From Burkholderiaceae bacterium (GTDB taxonomy: Bacteria; Pseudomonadota; Gammaproteobacteria; Burkholderiales; Burkholderiaceae_C), in the NCBI GenBank assembly GCA_040081145.1, contig JBEBHW010000001.1, positions 1 to 24,393 on the forward strand: a stretch of DNA of 24,393 nucleotides, written 5' to 3'. Below the pieces are notes generated by a model that saw only the letters and a program-made list of their open reading frames with translations, was not told the origin of the DNA and did not search any database. Below are positions 16,145-23,230 of this stretch, in pieces (within the stretch, counting starts at the first letter, position 1; the number at the start of each line of letters is the position of its first letter). A program made the position numbers and the translations under genes.

Positions 16145-16801
16145 TCACGCCGCCTGTTGCAAGTCCAGGCTCTCGTCGAACACTTCGTCGTTGATCCACG
16201 CGGTGATCGGCGCCCACTGCGCCAGGTCGCGCTCGAAACGGCTTGACGCCATGTCCCACAGCGTCACGCCATGCGCACCGAGGTGCACGTAGTTTTGCGA
16301 TTCGCGCAACATCGCCAGCACCGGCAGCTGGACTTCGGCGAGGAACCTGCGCAACTGATCGGTGGAGATCGTGCCCTCGCGGGTGCGCACGCCGACCAGC
16401 GCGATTTCAATCGAGTTCGCGCGGCGGTGCGCGCGCAGCGTTTCAATGAAGCGGTACGTCGCGTGAATGTCGAACATGCCCGGTTGCAGCGGAATCAGCA
16501 GCTTGTCGGCAACCTTCAACACTTCATCGAGCCGCTTGCCGCCCAAGCCTGCCGGCGTGTCGAGCACGACGTGCGTCGTGCCGCGCGGCGGCCGCACCAG
16601 TTGGTCTTGCGAGACCTCCCAGCTGTGGATTTTCGGCAAGCCCGCAGGGCGCATGCCGAGCCAGGTGTGCGTGGACTCCTGGCGGTCCGCATCGCCCAAC
16701 ATCACGGTGTGGCCAGTCACCGCAAGATAGCCCGCAAGATTGGTCGCCAGCGTGGACTTGCCAACACCGCCCTTTGGATTCGCGACCACGATCACCGGCA
16801 T
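16145..16801 (-). CDS. ParA/MinD family ATPase, copy 2 (orphan)
   Basis: Same motifs as copy 1; manual alignment gives 37 differences over 210 residues (~82% identity). AAGGAG SD upstream of ATG 16801; 218 aa. Confidence 0.93.
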   Translation of the reverse strand: MPVIVVANPKGGVGKSTLATNLAGYLAVTGHTVMLGDADRQESTHTWLGMRPAGLPKIHSWEVSQDQLVRPPRGTTHVVLDTPAGLGGKRLDEVLKVADKLLIPLQPGMFDIHATYRFIETLRAHRRANSIEIALVGVRTREGTISTDQLRRFLAEVQLPVLAMLRESQNYVHLGAHGVTLWDMASSRFERDLAQWAPITAWINDEVFDESLDLQQAA

Positions 16802-17009
16802 AACTGTCTCCTTATGGGTTTTGATACAGTGATTGTTACATGTGGTCACGCATCTGAGGCGAAGCAAAACCCCCGTGAAAACACCACCTGCGCGCATCAC
16901 TCAATTCAGCTAAAAGCGCGTCCGACTTGGCGCTGGGCCCCCAGCCGGGGGAAGGCGATCACGATGCTTGGCACGCCACCACTTCACCACACAATGCAGC
17001 GGGTTCATC

Positions 17010-17549
17010 ATGAAGACAATCAGCCTGGTTCTTGCGTTGCTTGCCGCCCCGCCCACCCTCGCACCCGAGCTGGCGCACGCGCAGGCGCATGAGCACGGCG
17101 CAGCCCGGCTCGATGTCTCGGTGGAGGGCAAGACCGTGAGCCTGCAGTTCGAGGCGCCACTCGACGCGCTGTTCGGCTTCGAACGTGCCCCGCGCAGCGC
17201 CGCCGAGAAGGCGCTTGTCGATGCAGGAATCGCCAGACTGAAGGCGGCGGATCGCTTGTTCCAGTTCGACGCGGCAGCGGATTGCCGCCTCGCGAGCGTG
17301 GCGCTGACGTCGGCCGCGCTGAAGCTCGGCGCGGCGGCCCCTGCCGCAGCACTGAGCGCCGAACACGCCGACCTTGAAGCAACGTTTGAATTCGCATGCA
17401 GGAGCGCGACGCTTCCGGGAACGATGGACATTGCCCTGTTCGGCGCGTTCCCCAGATTGCAGCGCATCGACATCCAGGTCGCCACACCCCAGGGCCAGTT
17501 CAAGCGCAGCCTGAAGCGCCCGACAACGCGCATTTCCTTGCGGCGTTGA
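17010..17549 (+). CDS. DUF2796 / ZrgA-like periplasmic metal-binding protein
   Basis: Signal peptide, AHEHG, LFGFERAP, Cys, HADLEATFEFAC. First gene of a DUF2796-ABC-ABC-DUF3299 cluster. Confidence 0.85.
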   Translation: MKTISLVLALLAAPPTLAPELAHAQAHEHGAARLDVSVEGKTVSLQFEAPLDALFGFERAPRSAAEKALVDAGIARLKAADRLFQFDAAADCRLASVALTSAALKLGAAAPAAALSAEHADLEATFEFACRSATLPGTMDIALFGAFPRLQRIDIQVATPQGQFKRSLKRPTTRISLRR

Positions 17550-17568
17550 CGCTCCGCAGGCGACTCCC

Positions 17569-18270
17569 GTGATCCGTATCGAACAGCTGCGCTTCGCCTG
17601 GCCGAACGATCAAGCGGACTGCCTGGCGCTTGACCACCTGGAAGTTCCCGCCGGCAAAACGCTGTTCCTGCACGGCCCCAGCGGCTCGGGCAAGAGCACG
17701 CTGCTCGGGCTGCTCGCGGGGGTGCTGCTGCCGCGCCAGGGCACGGTGGAGTTGCTCGGGGTGAACTGGGCGACGCTGGCGTCGAGTCGGCGTGATGCAC
17801 GCCGCGCCGACCACGTGGGCTACATCTTCCAGCAGTTCAACCTGCTGCCCTACCTCAGCGCGCTGGACAACGTGCTGCTGCCGTGCCGCTTTTCGGAAGC
17901 GCGGCGCAGGCGCGCAGCGGCGCAATCGGGCACGGCTGGCATGAGCGCGCTGTCGCTGCTCGAGCGCGTGGGCCTGCCGCGCAGCACCTGGGTCAAGCCT
18001 GCGTCGCAGTTGTCGGTGGGCCAGCAGCAGCGTGTCGCCGCGGCGCGCGCGTTGATCGGCGCGCCGGAAGTCGTGATCGCCGACGAGCCCACGTCGGCGC
18101 TGGACACCGAACTGCGCGACTCGTTCATGGCGCTGCTGCTCGCGCAATGCCGCGCCGCCGGGAGTTCGCTCGTGTTCGTCAGCCACGACCGGCAACTCGC
18201 GGCGCAGTTCGACATGACCGTCTCGCTCGCCGACCTGAACCAGGCCGTGCCGCAGGAGAGTGCGGCGTGA
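17569..18270 (+). CDS. ABC transporter ATP-binding protein (LolD/MacB-like; ZrgB-like)
   Basis: Walker A GPSGSGKST, YIFQQFNLLPYL, signature LSVGQQQRV, Walker B IADEPT, H-loop VSHD. Confidence 0.95.
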   Translation: MIRIEQLRFAWPNDQADCLALDHLEVPAGKTLFLHGPSGSGKSTLLGLLAGVLLPRQGTVELLGVNWATLASSRRDARRADHVGYIFQQFNLLPYLSALDNVLLPCRFSEARRRRAAAQSGTAGMSALSLLERVGLPRSTWVKPASQLSVGQQQRVAAARALIGAPEVVIADEPTSALDTELRDSFMALLLAQCRAAGSSLVFVSHDRQLAAQFDMTVSLADLNQAVPQESAA

Positions 18271-19556
18271 GCGCCTTGCTGCACCTGGCCGCACACAGTG
18301 CGTGGAACCGGCGCACGACGCTGGCGCTCGTCGTGCTCTCGATGGCGCTGTCCACGTTGCTGCTGCTCAGCCTGGAGCGCATGCGCAGCGACGTGCGCAG
18401 CAGCTTCTCGCAATCCGTGAGCGGCACGGACCTGGTGATGGGCGCACGAACCGGCTCGGTGCAACTGATGCTCTACGCGGTGTTTCGCATCGGCGCGGCG
18501 ACGAACAACATCCGCATCGACAGCGTGCGCAAAATCGCCTCGCACCGCGCAGTCGACTGGGTCGTGCCGATTTCTCTCGGCGATTCGCACCGCGGCATGC
18601 CGGTGCTCGGCACAAGCAGCGAGTACTTCGCGCGCTTTCGTTATGGGGATCGCGCACCGCTTGCGCTCGCTCAAGGCCGCGCATTTGCCGGCACACTCGA
18701 AGGCGTGTATGAAGCGGTGATCGGCGCCGAAGTCGCCGCGCAACTCGGCTACGGGCTGGGCACGCAGCTGATCCTGAGCCACGGCGCGGGCAGCGCCACG
18801 GCCGGCCCGGGCTTGAACCCGGACCACGCCGACAAGCCGTTTCACGTGGTCGGCGTGCTCGCACGCACCGGAACGCCGGTGGATCGGACCGTGCACGTCA
18901 GCCTGGAGGCGATCGAGGCGCTGCACCTCGAGTGGGGCGGCGGCGCGCCGATCCCGGGCCTGAAGATTCCCGCCGAGCAGGCACGCAAGTTCGACCTCGA
19001 ACCCAAACAAGTCACCGCTGCACTCATCGGCCTGAAAACCCGCGCCGCAGTCTTTGCCGTGCAGCGCCACATCGCCGACTTCAAGGAAGAACCCTTGATG
19101 GCGGTGCTGCCCGGCGTCGCGCTCGACGAACTGTGGGACGTGGTCGGCGTGGGCGAAAAAGCCTTGCTCGGCATGTCGCTGCTCGTCGCCGTCGTGAGCC
19201 TGGCCGGCCTGATTGCCGTCGTTCTTGCGGGCCTGAACGAGCGGCGCCGCGAACTCGCAGTGCTGAGGGCTGTGGGCGCAGGGCCGCGCCACGTCGCCGC
19301 GCTGCTTGCGGTAGAGGGCAGCCTCATCACCTTGATCGGCGTGGGCCTCGGGCTTCTGCTGACAATCGTTTTCATCGTGGCCGCCGGACCTTGGGTACAG
19401 TCGCGCTTCGGCATCACGCTGCACCTTGTTGCCCCGACACTGTCGCAATGGACGTTGCTCGCGGCGATCGTCGCCTCCGGGTTGCTCGCCAGCCTCGTGC
19501 CGGGATGGCGTGCGTATCGCCTGTCGCTGGCCGACGGCCTGTCACCGAAAGTCTGA
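18267..19556 (+). CDS. ABC transporter permease, FtsX/MacB type (ZrgC-like)
   Basis: SFSQSVSGTDLVMGARTGSVQLMLYAVF, PISLGDSHRG, LNERRRELAVLRAVGA. GTGA overlap with the ATPase gene, CAGGAG SD. Confidence 0.92.
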   Translation: MSALLHLAAHSAWNRRTTLALVVLSMALSTLLLLSLERMRSDVRSSFSQSVSGTDLVMGARTGSVQLMLYAVFRIGAATNNIRIDSVRKIASHRAVDWVVPISLGDSHRGMPVLGTSSEYFARFRYGDRAPLALAQGRAFAGTLEGVYEAVIGAEVAAQLGYGLGTQLILSHGAGSATAGPGLNPDHADKPFHVVGVLARTGTPVDRTVHVSLEAIEALHLEWGGGAPIPGLKIPAEQARKFDLEPKQVTAALIGLKTRAAVFAVQRHIADFKEEPLMAVLPGVALDELWDVVGVGEKALLGMSLLVAVVSLAGLIAVVLAGLNERRRELAVLRAVGAGPRHVAALLAVEGSLITLIGVGLGLLLTIVFIVAAGPWVQSRFGITLHLVAPTLSQWTLLAAIVASGLLASLVPGWRAYRLSLADGLSPKV

Positions 19557-19557
19557 A

Positions 19558-20151
19558 ATGACCCGCTTGTTGCTGATCGGAACAATCCTCGCCGCAGCCG
19601 CGGCGGTGGCCCTTGCGCAGAACAATTCTGCAGCGCCCGCCAAGACCGGCAACACCGCAGCCAAACCATCGAGCAGCGCGGCCAAGCCGACGTACCGCGA
19701 AATCAAGTGGGACGACCTCGTCCCCGCCGACTGGGACCCGTTCAAGGAGATGAAAGACATGAATCTCGCGGGGCTCTCCGACGCCGATCCGCGCGCCGCG
19801 GCAGCGCTCAAACGCATGCGCGAGTACTGGGACAACGCGCCGGTGAACCCCAAACTCGAAGATCAAGCGGTGCGCATTCCGGGCTACGTCGTGCCGCTGG
19901 ACGACAGCACCACGGGGCTCAAAGAGTTCCTTCTCGTGCCGTACTTCGGCGCCTGCATCCACACGCCGCCGCCGCCAGCGAACCAGATCGTGCACGTCGT
20001 GCCGCGCGTGGCAGCGAAAGGCTTTCGTTCCATGGACACGGTGTGGGTGAGCGGGACGCTGAAGGCGGCGAAGTCGGACACGGCGATGGGCGCGAGCGGC
20101 TACCGGCTCGATGCTGTGGTTGTCGAGCCTTACGTCGACAAGCCGAAGTAG
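19558..20151 (+). CDS. DUF3299 domain protein (ZrgD-like)
   Basis: EIKWDDLVP, VRIPGYVVPL, EFLLVPYFGACIHTPPPPANQIVHV. Signal peptide; starts 1 nt after the permease stop. Confidence 0.92.
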   Translation: MTRLLLIGTILAAAAAVALAQNNSAAPAKTGNTAAKPSSSAAKPTYREIKWDDLVPADWDPFKEMKDMNLAGLSDADPRAAAALKRMREYWDNAPVNPKLEDQAVRIPGYVVPLDDSTTGLKEFLLVPYFGACIHTPPPPANQIVHVVPRVAAKGFRSMDTVWVSGTLKAAKSDTAMGASGYRLDAVVVEPYVDKPK

Positions 20152-20174
20152 CGCGCCGTCAGGGTGGCGCCGCG

Positions 20175-21161
20175 TCACTCGATCAGTTCATCCGCGCGCA
20201 GCAAAACCGATTGGGGAATCTTCAAGCCGAGTTGCCGGGCGGTCTTCAAGTTGATGACAAGCTCGAACTTCGTCGGCTGCTCCACCGGCAAATCGGCGGG
20301 CTTGGCGCCCTTGAGAATCTTGTCGGCGTGCGCCGCCACATGGCGCCACATGTCTGACAGGCTGGCGCCGTAGTACATCAAGCCGCCGGCATCAACGAAG
20401 GCGCGCTCGGGATAGATCGCGGGCAGGCGGCGGCTCGCGGCAAGCTCGACGATCGCTTGGCGATGCGTCAGAAAGACGATGCCCGACAACACCGACAACG
20501 CTTGCGCACGTTCGCCTGTCGCGGCGGCAAAGGCCTGCTCGAACTGGCTCGGACCACTCGCCTCCACCACCTGAACCTTCAGTGCTAAGGCTCGCCCGAC
20601 CTCCTCTCGTTCTTTTGCGAACGCCGCGGCGTACGAGTCGCCCGGATTGGTGAGCACGGCCAAGCGCGTCATTCCGGAGACGCTTTCCTTGAGAAGTTGC
20701 ACGCGCTTCGCGTTCAATCCTTGCGCCAGCGTGGTCACGCCCGTGACGTTGCTCCCCGGGCGCGCCAGGCTCTGGACGAGACCATCCGCCACCGGATCAC
20801 CGGTCGTCACCGTCACCACGGGTATAGTGCGCGTCGCGTTCTTCACGGCCAAGGCGCCGGGCGACGACCCCACAACGATCAAGTCAACGCGGCGCTGCAC
20901 GAGCTCTGCCGCGAGCGAGGGCAGGCGATCCAGCTTGCCTTGCGCAAAGAGCGACTCCATCGTGTAGTTCTTCCCCTCGACCCAGCCGAGGTCTCGCATG
21001 CCACGTCGAAACGCCTCGTTCGACAGCGCAGCGGCTTCCTCCGACAGTGGCGACACGCGCCCGATCCTGAAGATCTTCGCGGTGTCCTGGGCCTGGGCAG
21101 CCGGTGGCAGCGCGGCAAGGACGGCCGCGGCCAAGCCGACCGCGATACCGGCGAAGTTCAT
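20175..21161 (-). CDS. ABC-type substrate-binding protein (ABC_sub_bind family), orphan
   Basis: Signal peptide ending AQAQ, AFRRGMRDLGWVEGKN, TIPVV..TGDPV..GLV.SLARPG.NVTG, ADLPVEQPTKFELVINLKTA..LG. Start ATG 21161 or GTG 21194. Confidence 0.92.
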   Translation of the reverse strand: MNFAGIAVGLAAAVLAALPPAAQAQDTAKIFRIGRVSPLSEEAAALSNEAFRRGMRDLGWVEGKNYTMESLFAQGKLDRLPSLAAELVQRRVDLIVVGSSPGALAVKNATRTIPVVTVTTGDPVADGLVQSLARPGSNVTGVTTLAQGLNAKRVQLLKESVSGMTRLAVLTNPGDSYAAAFAKEREEVGRALALKVQVVEASGPSQFEQAFAAATGERAQALSVLSGIVFLTHRQAIVELAASRRLPAIYPERAFVDAGGLMYYGASLSDMWRHVAAHADKILKGAKPADLPVEQPTKFELVINLKTARQLGLKIPQSVLLRADELIE

Positions 21162-21219
21162 GCTGAAACCTGCCGCGCGCAACTCGAACGACACACCGGG
21201 GGATCGGGTCGACGCAGCA

Positions 21220-21843
21220 CTACCTGCCGTAAGTCGCCGTGAACGACGCCTTGCCCAGCAGCCCCGGCCCGATGCCCTTGTTCATGACGAAGCTGTACAC
21301 CGCCGGTGTGGCGGTCTTGGGGATGCCACCGGCTTTGGTGACGCTGTCCATCCCCAGTGCGTAGAGCGTGAACACATAGCGATGCGGTTTGTCACCCGCA
21401 GGTGGGCAGGGACCACCATAGTTGCCGTTCGAGCCCGTCGCGCCGGTGTCTAGAAAGTCGGATTGCCCGCCGTAGGCACCCGATGGCAAAGACGCTGCGT
21501 TGTTGCCCGCGCCGCGCGCCAAGCCGGTGGTTGACGGCGAAATGTCGTACACCGCCCAATGCCAGAAGCCGCTGCCGGTGGGCGCGTCCGGGTCGTGAAT
21601 CTGCAGCGCGAGCGACTTCGTTCCCGCCGGAACGCCACTCCAGGTGAGTGCCGGCGACACATTGCCCCCGGTACAGCCGAAGCCGTTCAAGATGTACTGG
21701 GTGGCAAAGGTGCCGCTGGCGAGGTCAGGGCTGCTCAGCTTGAACGCCGAGGCCTGGGCACTCGCGCCCGTGCCGGCACATCCGCCGAGCGCCAACGCCG
21801 ACAGGGCCAATGAACCCACCAGCAGAACTTTCGAATATTTCAT
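21220..21843 (-). CDS. YbhB/YbcL (PEBP/Raf kinase inhibitor-like) lipoprotein
   Basis: GGNVSPALTWS, HDPDAPTGSGFWHW, YGGPCPP..D.PHRY. Lipobox ALGGC; AGGA SD upstream of ATG 21843. Confidence 0.92.
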   Translation of the reverse strand: MKYSKVLLVGSLALSALALGGCAGTGASAQASAFKLSSPDLASGTFATQYILNGFGCTGGNVSPALTWSGVPAGTKSLALQIHDPDAPTGSGFWHWAVYDISPSTTGLARGAGNNAASLPSGAYGGQSDFLDTGATGSNGNYGGPCPPAGDKPHRYVFTLYALGMDSVTKAGGIPKTATPAVYSFVMNKGIGPGLLGKASFTATYGR

Positions 21844-21946
21844 GTCGTCTTCCTGAGGTTGAGTGAAACCAAAGATGCACGTTGTGCGCTTGTTGTCCCG
21901 CTTCGAGTGTGCCAGCGCGCCCGAGCCTGGGCAAGAAGCGTTTTTC

Positions 21947-22705
21947 CTATGCCGCAAGGCCACTCCACAGCAGCTTCACGCCGGTGAAGAACATGCCCGT
22001 GTAGGCGATTGCGTAAAACCAGCGTGAATCGATGCGCCGTGCCAACCACAGCCCCAGCCACACGCCCAGCGGCGCGAGCGGCAGCAAGACCAGCGCCGTG
22101 CTCATGTTGCGCAGGTCGAGCAACCCGAGCCACGCGTACGGCAGCCACTTCGACAAATTGATCGCCGCGAAGAACACCGCCATCGTACCGGCGTAGGCCA
22201 TCGCGTTCATGCGCAAGGGCAAGACGTAGGCGTTGATCGGCGGGCTGCCGGCGTGCGCGACAAAACTCGTGAAGCCCGACGCGACTGCGAGCGCGGCGCC
22301 GAGCCAGCGTGGCGGTGGGCGTGCGTTCGCGCGCGGCGGGAACACGAGGCGCTGCGCCAGAAAGAGGAGCGTCAAACCCCCGACGACGGCCGCCACGGTG
22401 TGCGCCGACAACACGCCGAACAGCACCGTCCCCAGCACTGTGCCCAACAGCCCGGCCGGCAGAAGCAGGCGCAGCAGCACGCGATCGCGCTCGCGCCAGA
22501 GTTGTTGCAAGCCCGTCGCGTCCATCACGAGCAACAGCGGCAGCATGATCGCTGCGGCCTGCGGCACCGGCACCGCCAGGGCCAGCAGCGGTGTGGCGAG
22601 CGATCCGAAGCCGCCGAGGAAACCGCTCTTGGACAGGCCCATCAACAACACCGCGGGAACCGCGATGAAGTAAAAGGCCGGTTCGGCGATCAGAGGCAAT
22701 TCCAC
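21947..22705 (-). CDS. Sulfite exporter TauE/SafE family membrane protein
   Basis: AVPAVLLMGLSKSGF.GGFGSLATPL, AAAIMLPLL..MD, GFTSFVAHAGSPP; multiple TM helices. Start GTG 22705 preferred over 22732. Confidence 0.9.
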   Translation of the reverse strand: MELPLIAEPAFYFIAVPAVLLMGLSKSGFLGGFGSLATPLLALAVPVPQAAAIMLPLLLVMDATGLQQLWRERDRVLLRLLLPAGLLGTVLGTVLFGVLSAHTVAAVVGGLTLLFLAQRLVFPPRANARPPPRWLGAALAVASGFTSFVAHAGSPPINAYVLPLRMNAMAYAGTMAVFFAAINLSKWLPYAWLGLLDLRNMSTALVLLPLAPLGVWLGLWLARRIDSRWFYAIAYTGMFFTGVKLLWSGLAA

Positions 22706-22722
22706 AGAGCGAGAATTGTCCA

Positions 22723-23202
22723 ATGTTTGCACCTTCCCAGGCCGACGTGCGGCGATTCTTTTGCGAGACCTACCGCAAGCACCGCGAGGGCGCGCCGCTC
22801 ACGCCGATGGAAGGCGTGGCTTGCGACTGGATCGCGCTGCACCCCGAGTACCACGCTGATCTGCAGAATGTCGACCTTGCGCTGGCCGCGCAGTTCGACG
22901 TCGACGCGGGCCGCACGAATCCCTTCCTGCACCTGTCCATGCACCTGTCGATCAGCGAACAGCTCGGCATCGACCAGCCGCGCGGCATCAAGCAGGCGTT
23001 CGAGCTGCTGCGCGCGCGCCTGGGCTCGGCGCACGACGCGCAGCACGAAGTGATGGAGTGTCTGGGCGAGATGATCTGGGAGTCGCAGCGCAGCAGCACG
23101 CCACCCGACGGCGAGCGTTACATCGACTGCGTGCGGCGAAGGGCCACCGCATCGTCATCCCAGCGCACCCCACCGACGTCATCCCGGCGAAATCCGGGAT
23201 GA
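22723..23202 (+). CDS. DUF1841 family protein
   Basis: MF.PSQ.DVRRFFC, IALHPEYH, NPFLHLSMHLSISEQ.GIDQP.GI, AQHEVMECLGEMIW. The low-complexity C-terminal tail runs into a palindrome. Confidence 0.9.
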   Translation: MFAPSQADVRRFFCETYRKHREGAPLTPMEGVACDWIALHPEYHADLQNVDLALAAQFDVDAGRTNPFLHLSMHLSISEQLGIDQPRGIKQAFELLRARLGSAHDAQHEVMECLGEMIWESQRSSTPPDGERYIDCVRRRATASSSQRTPPTSSRRNPG

Positions 23203-23203
23203 C
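23154..23203. repeat. REP-like palindromic element (one intact hairpin plus a degenerate half copy)
   Basis: Perfect 10-bp stem GTCATCCCGG-CGAAAT-CCGGGATGAC (23178-23203), preceded by GTCATCCCAGCGCA (23154-23167); lies between convergent genes. Confidence 0.7.
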
Positions 23204-23230
23204 AGATCGTCGCCGAAACCGCTGCCGGGG

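Noticed and set aside
12805-16801. Composite transposon or integrated plasmid bounded by the parA copies
   Set aside because: No transposase, integrase, rep gene, terminal inverted repeats or target duplication; the enclosed kefFC is a housekeeping locus.
16821-16845. Zur box upstream of the DUF2796 cluster
   Set aside because: TGTTACA resembles a Zur half-site (TGTTATA), but no properly spaced inverted partner is present.
16932-16951. Palindrome GCTGGGCCCCCAGC and alternative CCCCC/GGGGG hairpin
   Set aside because: Short and all-GC, so likely by chance at this composition; no U-tract and no second copy.
16969-16985. sigma54 promoter (TGGCACG) before the DUF2796 gene
   Set aside because: The -24 element matches, but there is no GC at the -12 position.
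17850-19448. 532-aa minus-strand ORF and similar long antisense ORFs (e.g. 2696-4225, 7961-9052, 14504-15727)
   Set aside because: Shadows of real genes on the opposite strand with atypical composition.
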